Below are positions 1 to 8,939 of a stretch of 64,000 bases of DNA, one piece after another. The DNA is taken from the NCBI GenBank assembly GCA_002763265.1, contig PEZQ01000003.1, positions 114,112-178,111 on the forward strand, read 5' to 3'. Every line of letters starts with the position of its first letter. Position 1 is the first letter of the stretch. Below the pieces are notes generated by a model. That model was not told where the DNA came from and ran no database searches. It was given only the letters and a program-made list of their open reading frames with translations. The position numbers and the translations under genes are program-made. This DNA comes from an archaeon CG10_big_fil_rev_8_21_14_0_10_43_11 (lineage in GTDB: Archaea > Nanobdellota > Nanobdellia > PEZQ01).

Positions 1-545
1 AAGGACTCAAAAAGAACGTGCACGTAACATTTTTGCCGTTTATCATGCGCGCTGTGCTTCTTGCACTCAAAAAACACCCTATTCTTAACAGCGAATTTGA
101 CGCAGAGGGCGAGCAAATAATCGTTAAAAAATATTATAATTTTGGCATTGCCGTTGACACTAATGACGGGCTTGTCGTACCCGTAGTAAAAGGCGTTGAC
201 CAAAAAAACGTGTTTAGTTTAGCAAAGGAATTAGAAGACCTTGGAAAAAAAGCGCGTGCAAAAAAGCTAAACCTCCAGGACCTGAAAGGAAGCACGTTTA
301 GCATTACAAACTGGGGCAGTTTTGGCGGCACATGGGCCACACCTGTTGTGAACCCTCCTGAAGCAGGGATTCTTGGCATGGGCAGGATTAATGAACGGAT
401 TGTTCCTACAAAAGACGGTGTTGGCGTGCGAAAGTTTTTGCCACTCTCAGTTACGTTTGACCATCGCGTCACTGATGGCGCAAACACAGCAAAGTTTATT
501 GAAACACTCAAAACATACTTACAAGACCCAAAAAAACTCAGCTAA
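1..545 (+). CDS. 2-oxoacid dehydrogenase E2 (dihydrolipoamide acyltransferase), C-terminal catalytic domain; 5' end lies outside the window
   Basis: The frame is open from the window edge to the stop at 543-545. It carries the E2 active-site motif DHRVTDGA near the C-terminus (FDHRVTDGANTAKFIETLK). Confidence 0.85.
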   Translation, partial: GLKKNVHVTFLPFIMRAVLLALKKHPILNSEFDAEGEQIIVKKYYNFGIAVDTNDGLVVPVVKGVDQKNVFSLAKELEDLGKKARAKKLNLQDLKGSTFSITNWGSFGGTWATPVVNPPEAGILGMGRINERIVPTKDGVGVRKFLPLSVTFDHRVTDGANTAKFIETLKTYLQDPKKLS

Positions 546-557
546 AAAAAGTAATTA

Positions 558-830
558 TTAAAAATAACGCGGACTCATCAAACGATTGCGAAGCAGAAAT
601 GTTCTTAGCACGTAAAGTGCAATTGCAAACACGCCGCCGCCAAGCCACCACACACCATTGCCCAGAATCAGGCTTGCAGAAAACACGCCAATAAAAAAAT
701 ACATGAGCGCGCCAGTAATATCATACAAGAATGCAATACCATCAAAACGGGTACCAAATAGTTTATCAACAATCTTGTGCGCAAAGCGACCGCCCCTTCG
801 CGAAACCGGGCGCGGCATTTCTCGTTTCAT
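558..830 (-). CDS. small membrane protein (2 predicted TM helices), function unknown
   Basis: 90-aa ORF with a basic N-terminus followed by hydrophobic stretches (ALMYFFIGVFSASLILG, WWLGGGVFAIALYVL). A TATA-like AAATATAAATT lies about 25 nt upstream on the minus strand. Confidence 0.5.
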   Translation of the reverse strand: MKREMPRPVSRRGGRFAHKIVDKLFGTRFDGIAFLYDITGALMYFFIGVFSASLILGNGVWWLGGGVFAIALYVLRTFLLRNRLMSPRYF

Positions 831-864
831 AATGTTTATTAACTCACTTAGAATTTATATTTCT

Positions 865-1905
865 ATGGTTAACGTTCTTGTTAACGGGGTGGGCGTTATT
901 GGTAAGCGCGTTGCGCACGCGGTTCATATTCAAAAAGATATGAAACTCTTTGGCATTGCTGATGCGTTTCCAACATCAGCGCTGCGAACAAACACGCAAA
1001 AAGGCGCGCCACTCTATGGTGTTAACGTGTATGCAAGTAATGCGGACTTTGTTAAAAATTTTTCAGAAGGAACCTATCCTATACAAGGAACACTCGAAGA
1101 CGCGCTTAAAACCGGTAAGGTTGATGTAGTTGTTGATTGCACGCCAAAAGGTGTTGACGCAAAAAACAAACCGCTCTATGAACGGTATGGTGTGAAAGTG
1201 ATTTTTCAAGGAGGCGCGAACGCGAATATTGCGCATACGAGTTTCAACGCGTTTGCAAATTATAACGAAGCAAAAACAAAACAATTCGTGCGTGTAGTCA
1301 GCTGCAACACAACATCAATTATCAGAACACTTTACACACTGAGCAAAAAAGCAGATATCAAAGAAGTACACGTTTCGCTTGTTCGCAGAGGAACTGACCC
1401 CTGGGATGCGCGAGAAGGACCAATGAACGCGATTGTTCCTGTGCCCTACATACCCTCACATCATGGTCCTGACGTGAACACGGTTCTCAAAAACATTAAA
1501 ATCACAACCATGGCAGTAAAAGTGCCCACAACACTTGCACACGTGCACATGGTGCATGCAAAAATCAAAACACCACTTTCACGCGAACAATTAGTTACTG
1601 CATTTATGGCAACGCCACGTGTTGCAGTTCTCAAAGCCGCGCACGGCTTTGATTCAACTGCGTCTGTTCACGAACGCTATCGGGACTTGCTTCGACCGCG
1701 CTATGACATGCCTGAAGTTGTTATATGGGATGAAACCATTAGCGTTCAGGGAAAAGACGTGCACTGGATGCACATGGTTCACTCAGAGAGCATTGTGATT
1801 CCAGAAAACATTGATGCCATACGGGCAATGACAGGGCTTGAGTCAAGCGCGAAAAAAAGTGTTGAAAAAACTGATGCTTCATTCAAATACACTGCGTTTG
1901 GGTAA
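865..1905 (+). CDS. gap: glyceraldehyde-3-phosphate dehydrogenase, archaeal type II
   Basis: The protein begins MVNVLVNGVGVIGKRVA (Rossmann GxGxxG), has the catalytic Cys in the VSCNTTS motif, and is 346 aa, typical of archaeal GAPDH. The upstream in-frame extension (658-864) shows no similarity and overlaps the divergent gene. Confidence 0.9.
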   Translation: MVNVLVNGVGVIGKRVAHAVHIQKDMKLFGIADAFPTSALRTNTQKGAPLYGVNVYASNADFVKNFSEGTYPIQGTLEDALKTGKVDVVVDCTPKGVDAKNKPLYERYGVKVIFQGGANANIAHTSFNAFANYNEAKTKQFVRVVSCNTTSIIRTLYTLSKKADIKEVHVSLVRRGTDPWDAREGPMNAIVPVPYIPSHHGPDVNTVLKNIKITTMAVKVPTTLAHVHMVHAKIKTPLSREQLVTAFMATPRVAVLKAAHGFDSTASVHERYRDLLRPRYDMPEVVIWDETISVQGKDVHWMHMVHSESIVIPENIDAIRAMTGLESSAKKSVEKTDASFKYTAFG

Positions 1906-1967
1906 TTTAGAGGGAATTAACTGCAAACAGGGGATTCGCAGAAAAAAAAACATAACGAGAAGCGTTT

Positions 1968-1985
1968 GAGGGCGGCTATGCCCTC
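1968..1985. terminator. GC-rich hairpin (GAGGGC-N6-GCCCTC) between convergent gap and hisS, followed by T-rich tract
   Basis: 6-bp perfect stem at 1968-1973/1980-1985. The T-rich run tttgtttttgttatttatttttt lies just downstream. Confidence 0.3.
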
Positions 1986-2006
1986 TCACAATTCCGTTTG
2001 TTTTTG

Positions 2007-3308
2007 TTATTTATTTTTTAAAAGAAGCGGTGCAATGCGCTCAAGCTTTGCACGCGTTTCTTTACCTGATTTCATATCCCGAATTGTTGCAATTCCTTTT
2101 TCAATCTCTTTTGGACCAAGCACAATAATGAAGGGTATTTGTTTTTTGTCCGCGTACGCGATTTGTTTTTTCAAATTCTTAGAAACAACATCAGTCTCCA
2201 CGTTAAGACCTGCATCACGAAGCTGCACGCTAAGCATAATCGCATTCTCTAACGCGCTTTCATTTACTGCGCACACGAACACGTCAGTCACGCTTTCAAC
2301 TTCTTTAACCATGCCTGCAATTTTAAGCACATCAACAATTCTGCTCACGCCAAATGAGAACCCAACAGCAGGAATTTTTTGTCCAAGAAATAAACCAATC
2401 ATGTTATCATACCGGCCACCAGAGCCAACGCTTCCCAATCCTGCGTCAGATATTTCAACTTCAAAAACAGGACCGGTGTAATAATCAAGACCGCGAGCAA
2501 TGCTCAAATCCAATTGCACGTTTTTTCCAATGCCATACGCGTTTACAAAACGCATGAGTCGCGAGAGCTCTTGAAACCCCTCTTCATTGACAAATTCTTT
2601 TTCAAGACGTGCAAGAACACTCTCCGCGTTTCCGCGAAGCCCTGTGTAATCAAGAAGTTTTTTTGCCGTACGCTCATCTATACCTAAACCGATTAGCTCA
2701 AAGAGCACGCCTTTTTTCCCGATTTTTTCAAGCTTGTCAATAGCCCGAAACGCGTCAAGTGATTTTTTAGGATTAAGACCTGCCTTAGTCATACAGGCGT
2801 TTAAGAGTTTGCGGTCATTTATGCGAATCACAAATTCTTTAAAGCCAAGCAAGCGAATGGCACGCGCTACTGCGGCAAGCAATTCTGCTTCAGCCCGCAT
2901 TGACTCGCTTCCTACGGTGTCAATATCAAATTGGTAGAATTCACGATATCGTCCGGTCTTAATATCTTCATATCGCCACGCGCGGTCATACTGGTAGCGT
3001 TTGAACGGCGTGACAAAATGAGGATTCATTGCAATGTAGCGCGCAAGAGGAACGGTCTGGTCGTATTTAAGCCCTAAATGTCTGCCTGCAATCTTGAAGT
3101 TGTATGTTTCTTTTTTTATTGCATCCCCGCCAGCGCCCTTAGCTGAGAGAACATCAAAGTTTTCAAGCGCGGGCGTGCCAAGCGGCACAAATCCGTACGC
3201 GAGAAATGCCTGTTTAATGGTGTCAACAACGCGTTCTTGCACGAGCATTTCTTGCGGGCCACGGTCTTTTGTGCCCTTCACGTTTTCAACAGTCATATCT
3301 CTAGTCAT
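2007..3308 (-). CDS. hisS: histidyl-tRNA synthetase
   Basis: 433-aa class-II aaRS. The N-terminus reads VKGTKDRGPQEM...AFLAYGFVPLGTPALE, and the HisRS signature GSGGRYDNMI is present. Confidence 0.95.
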   Translation of the reverse strand: MTRDMTVENVKGTKDRGPQEMLVQERVVDTIKQAFLAYGFVPLGTPALENFDVLSAKGAGGDAIKKETYNFKIAGRHLGLKYDQTVPLARYIAMNPHFVTPFKRYQYDRAWRYEDIKTGRYREFYQFDIDTVGSESMRAEAELLAAVARAIRLLGFKEFVIRINDRKLLNACMTKAGLNPKKSLDAFRAIDKLEKIGKKGVLFELIGLGIDERTAKKLLDYTGLRGNAESVLARLEKEFVNEEGFQELSRLMRFVNAYGIGKNVQLDLSIARGLDYYTGPVFEVEISDAGLGSVGSGGRYDNMIGLFLGQKIPAVGFSFGVSRIVDVLKIAGMVKEVESVTDVFVCAVNESALENAIMLSVQLRDAGLNVETDVVSKNLKKQIAYADKKQIPFIIVLGPKEIEKGIATIRDMKSGKETRAKLERIAPLLLKNK

Positions 3309-3373
3309 GGTATATCATCTTTATTAATTATTGCACAAAACCCTCTTCTTGCTCTCACAAGAGATGGTTGAAG

Positions 3374-3446
3374 GGCCCGAGCCGGGAATCGAACCCGGTT
3401 CCCCACGGCCACAGCGTGGGATACTAACCCGTATACGACTCGGGCC
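3374..3446 (-). tRNA. tRNA-His (anticodon GUG) with genome-encoded G-1
   Basis: The reverse complement folds as a cloverleaf. The acceptor stem has 8 bp, GGCCCGAG/CUCGGGCC, including G-1:C73. The anticodon arm is CCACG-CUGUGGC-CGUGG and the T arm is CCGGG-UUCGAUU-CCCGG. Confidence 0.9.
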
Positions 3447-3610
3447 ATAAGTGAAGACAAACACCCAACAGGGGAGAACGGTTCGCCGTATTAACATTAG
3501 CAAAAACGTTGCAGTTAATGAAGGCAATCACGTGTCATTACTCAATAACCCATTTATTCACACTTTTTAAATGTTTGTATCAGTCACGTTTTTATACTTC
3601 CCGCGCCTGA

Positions 3611-4060
3611 GTGAGTAGTATGCTTGGCAGTACAATTCGGGTATTCCAACCCTGGCTTGTCTCATTCCCGTTTTTTCCAGCAACCTTGCTTTTTGTCGTG
3701 CTCCTTGCGTTTTTAATTTGGGCGTGGGCACTTGCTGACGTGCTTCGCTCACACCTGCGCGCAGAAGAAAAAATGTTGTGGTTTGCTATTATCATTATTT
3801 TGTCTGTACTTGGCGTACTCGCCTACGTGCTCCTTGCTGACCGGAAAAAAAAGCGAAAACGCCTCTTTTTTTGGAAAAATAAACCCTTATACCGCAGCAA
3901 AAAAGACCGCTATCTTGCAGGTATTGCCGGCGGCATGGCAAAACGCTTCAAGCTCGACCCCCTGCTTGTTCGCATTCTCTGGCTTGCACTCACGCTGGTA
4001 AACCCTCCAGCAGGCATTATGGGTTATGTAATTGCATGGGCTGTGCTGCCAGAAAAATAA
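3611..4060 (+). CDS. membrane protein with PLD-nuclease-N-like TM segment and C-terminal PspC domain
   Basis: The C-terminus RYLAGIAGGMAKRFKLDPLLVRILWLALTL...GYVIAWAVLP matches the PspC pattern. The N-terminus WALADVLRS...WFAIIIILSVLGVLAYVLL matches the PLDc_N pattern. Confidence 0.7.
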   Translation: MSSMLGSTIRVFQPWLVSFPFFPATLLFVVLLAFLIWAWALADVLRSHLRAEEKMLWFAIIIILSVLGVLAYVLLADRKKKRKRLFFWKNKPLYRSKKDRYLAGIAGGMAKRFKLDPLLVRILWLALTLVNPPAGIMGYVIAWAVLPEK

Positions 4061-4069
4061 ACACGGTTT

Positions 4070-4891
4070 TTAGAGCACACCTTGTTTTTGCAAATACTTA
4101 AAAAAATCAAGCAAGCCCCGTGTATACTTGTACTGCGAAACAAAACCATTATTGTCTTGCGCGCTTACGCGCTCTTTGAGCGCTTCTCCTGCGTTGCTTG
4201 GACAACCCATAAAATCAGATTTTTCAAGCATGCTCCAATCCTGGAGGGTATCGCCAAAACTTGCAACTGGTTTTTTAGCAAGATGCATAAGATTTCCTTT
4301 TTCAATGTGAGGAAGCACAAATTCAACACCGCAATAAAGGTCGTAGGCTTTTACGTGATGCAAAGGGTAGTGCGGCGTGAATAAGTCTTCAAGCTCATGA
4401 TTAAGGTCATGGTCAAATACAAGTGTGCCATTCTCAACTTTTCGCGTGAACAAAATCATGTTATATTTGCGGTCAGTCTCAACAAATACAATATCTTCAT
4501 GCTCTGCATACTTTTTTGCTATATGGCCGGGCTTTTTGAACACTAAGGAAATGTTTTCTCCAGTCACATAATTAATCTTATGCTCGTCGAGCAAGGAAAA
4601 AAGCATGGTTGAGTCAAAACCCTGATGAAAACTTTTTGACTCACCGGTTTGCGGGTAAAACACATATGCCCCGCGTTCGGCAACGATGTGGCCATTTAAG
4701 TTGAACGGTTCATACCATTCTAGAATAGAATGAAGAGAACGATTAGAATTAAGATGTATTTCAACACCCTGTTTCATCATGCGGCTAAACGCACTATTAA
4801 TAGTAGGAAAGGGTATGGTCAACGTGTTTGCGCCTGACACAAGACAGCCATCAATATCTAGAACAAGACTGCGTAACGATTCCATAAACAA
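4070..4891 (-). CDS. HAD-superfamily hydrolase (Cof/IIB-like phosphatase)
   Basis: HAD motif I is LVLDIDGCLV and motif IV is FGDTLQDWSM, with a cap-sized insertion between them. Confidence 0.7.
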   Translation of the reverse strand: MFMESLRSLVLDIDGCLVSGANTLTIPFPTINSAFSRMMKQGVEIHLNSNRSLHSILEWYEPFNLNGHIVAERGAYVFYPQTGESKSFHQGFDSTMLFSLLDEHKINYVTGENISLVFKKPGHIAKKYAEHEDIVFVETDRKYNMILFTRKVENGTLVFDHDLNHELEDLFTPHYPLHHVKAYDLYCGVEFVLPHIEKGNLMHLAKKPVASFGDTLQDWSMLEKSDFMGCPSNAGEALKERVSAQDNNGFVSQYKYTRGLLDFFKYLQKQGVL

Positions 4892-4912
4892 GACATAGAT
4901 GGCTTTGCGCTT

Positions 4913-5443
4913 TTAATGATTATGCGCATAAAGAAGTGCTTTATGCTTTGCAAAACTCAGGGCTTTTTCAACATCATGCGAGAAAAAATCACAAAAACGC
5001 TGCACATCATCAACATACCCGTTCAAGCCATAGCTGTTGACAACGCGGGCATCGCAGTACACAAACACGTTACCACGCCCCTGAAACGCGCGCAATTTTG
5101 CCGTGTCCTCAACCCATACCTGCAGGCCGGTGAGGGTAAATACGTGTGCAACACCAATACGGAAAAGAAATTCGCTCAGTTCTGCGCGTGTTTTTAATGG
5201 CATGCTTAGTTGCAACGGATTGGGCATGCGCCATGCGCTTGCAAGCGAAAACAACACTTTTTTTGGCTTAGTTATGTGAGTAGCATTCTTTTTTTCTTTT
5301 CGAGCAAGACCTTGTGCAATAAGTTCGTAGAGCACTTCATGCACGTATTGACGTGAACAACCCGCACGCAACGCTATATCTGATTGGCGCGTCATGCCAA
5401 GCAGTGCATGCTTTTTGACAAACCATGACAGGGGAATAGTCAT
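4913..5443 (-). CDS. putative HTH transcriptional regulator
   Basis: The N-terminal segment MTRQSDIALRAGCSRQYVHEVLYELIAQGLA looks like a helix-turn-helix. A TATA-like CTATTTAAAAT (5468-5478) lies about 30 nt upstream. Confidence 0.45.
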   Translation of the reverse strand: MTIPLSWFVKKHALLGMTRQSDIALRAGCSRQYVHEVLYELIAQGLARKEKKNATHITKPKKVLFSLASAWRMPNPLQLSMPLKTRAELSEFLFRIGVAHVFTLTGLQVWVEDTAKLRAFQGRGNVFVYCDARVVNSYGLNGYVDDVQRFCDFFSHDVEKALSFAKHKALLYAHNH

Positions 5444-5523
5444 TGTGTTTGTGAAAATGATGAAACCCTATTTAAAATTTGTCAAGTATTTGCTTGATTA
5501 TTTAAAAAGCAGGGTATAGCACT

Positions 5524-6201
5524 ATGAGAGCGCAGATTCTTGCAAAACTCAATGAATTAGCTACCCTTGGCGTGCATACCATTCTTATTGGTGAGTATGG
5601 CAGTGGCAAAAGTCATGTGCTGCAACGCGTTAAAGGCGCGTATTGTCCAACACCAAACCTAGGCGTGCATGAATTATCTGTTGCATCAGGCATTCGCGGT
5701 TCACTGAGCGCGCAGCTTGACTGTTTGCTTAAAAAAGATGCAATGGTGTTTGTTATTGATAACTTTCATGAACTCACCCCCTCAAAGAAGGAACTTATCA
5801 CCACACTTGCACACACCCATACTATTATTGCAGCAGCACGTTTTGTGCCTGAGGGTTTTAAACACTGGCACACTATGCGTCTTATTCCTTTGAACGTGCG
5901 CGAGTGCGCGGACCTGCTCAAAGACTACGTGCTTGATGCGAGTGTAAAACAAACCCTTGTTCGTAAAGCAAAAGGCAACCCCGGAAAGCTCGTGCACATG
6001 GCACGCATGCATGAATCACTTGGATATCATAGACACGGTCGCAAAACGCGCGTGTTGTTTGACCTTTCTCAAGTGACAAACTACGCACTCTCACTGCGTT
6101 ACGTGTTCATGTTTTCGCATCAGTGGGAACTGTACGCACTCGTCTCTTTTTTTGCCTATGCACTTATTGGTTTTAGAAGACGCTCACGCTACCGCAAATA
6201 A
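5524..6201 (+). CDS. P-loop NTPase (AAA-like) with C-terminal transmembrane anchor
   Basis: Walker A is GEYGSGKSH and the Walker-B-like motif is MVFVIDNFHE. The C-terminus has a hydrophobic helix, LYALVSFFAYALIGF, followed by RRRSRYRK. Confidence 0.6.
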   Translation: MRAQILAKLNELATLGVHTILIGEYGSGKSHVLQRVKGAYCPTPNLGVHELSVASGIRGSLSAQLDCLLKKDAMVFVIDNFHELTPSKKELITTLAHTHTIIAAARFVPEGFKHWHTMRLIPLNVRECADLLKDYVLDASVKQTLVRKAKGNPGKLVHMARMHESLGYHRHGRKTRVLFDLSQVTNYALSLRYVFMFSHQWELYALVSFFAYALIGFRRRSRYRK

Positions 6202-6281
6202 CTAACTTCTTGTTTTTTTATTCTTTTTTTGTTATAATAAAGATTTATAAAGCACATGCGAGCTTCAACATACGCGTACCT

Positions 6282-7751
6282 ATGAAGAAGTATTTCACAA
6301 AAAAAGATTATATCACTGGTCTTGTGTGTTCTCGTTCGCTTTGGGCACGCTACCACGCGCCAGAACACCTACAAACCAGCAGCAGTATGCACTACGCAGC
6401 AGAAGCAGGCATTACTGTTGGGCGCCTTGCAAAAAAGTTGTTTGCGCACGGGATTGACTTAGAGCCACTCTCGTTCACTGAAAATCTGGCAAAATCAAAA
6501 GAGTACAAAAACGCGCGAAAAACTCTTTTTGAAGCAGCATTCACCTACCAGTCGTGTTATGCGCGTGCTGATGTGCTTATCCCTGTAGAAGACAAGTTAT
6601 GGGATATTGTTGAAGTCAAATCAGCAAGCAACCTTAAAGATGATTTTCTCCACGACCTTGCGTTTCAAAAATATTGTTATGAGGGCGCAGGATTACTGAT
6701 TCGAAAATGTTTTGTGCTTTACATTAACAATGAATACGTGCGCAAAGGCACGCTTGATTTAGAAGCGCTTCTCAAAAAAGAAGATGTTACTAAAAAAGTC
6801 ATGCTCAAAAGCGAGAACATTGCGCAAAAAATTGCGCGCATGCAAGAACTTATCACCTATGATACGGTTAACGACATTGCTCCCCGTGAATGCATGCAGC
6901 CTTCAGCGTGTCTTGCGCCTGTTCTGTGTTGGGGCGTGCTTGAAAAAAATAATGTATTTGAGCTTGCACGAGCCGGTGCAAAAGCGCGGCGCTTCTATGA
7001 TGAAGGAGTGATGCGCATACAGGATATTCCTGACCATTTCCCTCTTAGCGCGTATCAGGAAATTCAGATGCGTGCAACAAAACAAGGACGCGAACACCTT
7101 AACGTGCCTGAACTCAAAACGTTCATGGACCCGCTTACGTACCCGCTCTACTTTCTTGATTTTGAATCGTTCTCAACAGCAATCCCCCTCTATGACGGAA
7201 CACGACCATTCCAGCACATTCCATTCCAGTTTTCACTTCACATCATACCCGCGCCCGGAGCAGAAGCAGAGCATATTTCATTTCTTGCTAAAGATGCACG
7301 CGATCCGCGAGAAGCATTTGCGCGCGCGCTTAGTCAGGCTGTTGGCACATCAGGAAGCATAGTTGTGTATAATGAAACCTATGAGAAAGGTCGTTTAAAA
7401 GAATTAAAAGAAGCATTTCCCCCTTACAAACCAGTAATTGAACCAATTCTCTCTCGTATTATTGATTTAGAATTTCCCTTTAGAAAATTCCACTATTACC
7501 ACCCCTCCCAACAGGGAAGAAGCTCGATTAAAAAAGTGCTCCCAACACTCACAAAAAAAAGTTATGACGCGCTTGCTATTGCACAAGGACTTGATGCAAG
7601 TAATGAATTTGTGCGCGCAGTGCATCATGATACGCCAAAAGAAGAACAAGAAACTATTTTCTCCCAGCTAGAAGCATACTGCGCGCTTGACACGCACGCA
7701 ATGATTGACCTTCTTTTTGCCTTGCAGAAAAAAATAAGTGCTCACGAATAA
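6282..7751 (+). CDS. DUF2779-family protein (PD-(D/E)xK-like N-terminal region plus exonuclease-like C-terminal region)
   Basis: Typical DUF2779 strings are present: LYFLDFESFSTAIPLYDGTRPFQHIPFQFSLH. The N-terminal segment WDIVEVKSAS resembles a RecB/Cas4-type nuclease motif. The start is placed at MKKYFTKKDYITG. Confidence 0.7.
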   Translation: MKKYFTKKDYITGLVCSRSLWARYHAPEHLQTSSSMHYAAEAGITVGRLAKKLFAHGIDLEPLSFTENLAKSKEYKNARKTLFEAAFTYQSCYARADVLIPVEDKLWDIVEVKSASNLKDDFLHDLAFQKYCYEGAGLLIRKCFVLYINNEYVRKGTLDLEALLKKEDVTKKVMLKSENIAQKIARMQELITYDTVNDIAPRECMQPSACLAPVLCWGVLEKNNVFELARAGAKARRFYDEGVMRIQDIPDHFPLSAYQEIQMRATKQGREHLNVPELKTFMDPLTYPLYFLDFESFSTAIPLYDGTRPFQHIPFQFSLHIIPAPGAEAEHISFLAKDARDPREAFARALSQAVGTSGSIVVYNETYEKGRLKELKEAFPPYKPVIEPILSRIIDLEFPFRKFHYYHPSQQGRSSIKKVLPTLTKKSYDALAIAQGLDASNEFVRAVHHDTPKEEQETIFSQLEAYCALDTHAMIDLLFALQKKISAHE

Positions 7752-7776
7752 AGGCTTATTAACGCAGGACGCTCAA

Positions 7777-8913
7777 ATGATTGGCATGGACGTCTTTGGT
7801 AAACTACTTCTCGTGCGCGTTGACCTTAATGCAGCGCTCTTAAACAAAAAAATCATTGTATCAAAACGATTCAAAGCACACGCAAACACGATTAAAGACT
7901 TGCAAAAAAAAGGTGCGAGAATCGTGCTTCTTGCACATCAGGGAAGAAAGGGCGGCACTGACTTTATTTCCCTTACCCAACATGCCCGCGCACTCTCAAA
8001 ACTAACGGGAACGCGTGTCACCTACGTTGATGACTTGTACGGGAAAAAAGCGCAACGCGCAATTAATTCATTACAAAATGGCCAGGCCATACTTCTTAAA
8101 AACACACGGACTATGAGCAATGAAACAAAAGAAGGGCAGGATTTTTCAAAAACGCGCTTTGTACAAACCCTCTCAAAATATGCTGATGCATTCGTGCTTG
8201 ACGCATTTAGCGTAGCACACCGCGCTCATGCAAGCGTTGTTGGATTTGTTGGAGTTATTCCCTGCTTTCAGGGGCCGAATGTATGGCGCGAAATTGAAGC
8301 CTTAGAGAAACTTAAAAAACCGCAAAAACCGTTTGTCATGATTTTGAGTGGTGCAAAAAGCGATGAACTTGTTGATGTCATGCACGCACTTGGCAAGAAT
8401 GCTGATGCGGTCATTCTCTGCGGGGTCATGGGTGAATTGTACTGGAAGAAAAAAGGCATTGTGTTTGGCAAAAAAGATGCGTTTCTCGAAGCGTATGACC
8501 TTAAAGAATTGCAGCTTTCAAAAAAGATTATCATGCCAAAAGACTTTGTGCTCGAAGACACGCGCGTTGTGCGCGTAGAAAACCTGCCGGTTGAACAAAA
8601 CACCATGGATGTAGGGCCGCTTACAATTGCAGATATTAAAGCGCAGATTGCGCGCGCAAAAACGGTTCTTATGAAAGGACCGCTTGGCTTTACTGAAAAA
8701 GGTTTTGTGCGTGCAACAAAACAAACACTTCAGGCGCTCAAAGCATCACCAGCAACAAGCATTATTGGCGGCGGACACCTTACTACTGCACTTGAAGAAT
8801 GCGGATTTTTGGATAGTGATTTTACTCACGTAAGTTTAGGAGGCGGTTCGCTTGTGAAATACCTTTCAGATAAATCGCTTCCCGGGGTTGTGCGTATTCC
8901 AAGCAAGCTTTAA
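7777..8913 (+). CDS. pgk: phosphoglycerate kinase
   Basis: The N-terminus LLLVRVDLNA...IVLLAHQGRKGG and the C-terminal IIGGGHLTTALEE fit PGK. The exact start is uncertain (7738, 7777 or 7783). Confidence 0.9.
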   Translation: MIGMDVFGKLLLVRVDLNAALLNKKIIVSKRFKAHANTIKDLQKKGARIVLLAHQGRKGGTDFISLTQHARALSKLTGTRVTYVDDLYGKKAQRAINSLQNGQAILLKNTRTMSNETKEGQDFSKTRFVQTLSKYADAFVLDAFSVAHRAHASVVGFVGVIPCFQGPNVWREIEALEKLKKPQKPFVMILSGAKSDELVDVMHALGKNADAVILCGVMGELYWKKKGIVFGKKDAFLEAYDLKELQLSKKIIMPKDFVLEDTRVVRVENLPVEQNTMDVGPLTIADIKAQIARAKTVLMKGPLGFTEKGFVRATKQTLQALKASPATSIIGGGHLTTALEECGFLDSDFTHVSLGGGSLVKYLSDKSLPGVVRIPSKL

Positions 8914-8939
8914 AAGTAATAACTTCTCGTTAGTATAGT

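Noticed and set aside
658-864. N-terminal 69-codon extension of the GAPDH ORF in the track (658..1905)
   Set aside because: The extension has no GAPDH similarity and overlaps the divergent membrane-protein gene. The Rossmann motif starts right after the Met at 865, which has a TATA-like box at the proper distance.
1966-2481. 171-aa plus-strand ORF antisense to hisS (also 2354..2557, 2734..2937, 3094..3327)
   Set aside because: These are shadow ORFs within the histidyl-tRNA synthetase gene.
3324-3527. 67-aa minus-strand ORF
   Set aside because: It is fully explained by the tRNA-His gene (3374-3446) lying inside it. The translation is low-complexity (PGSIPGSGPS).
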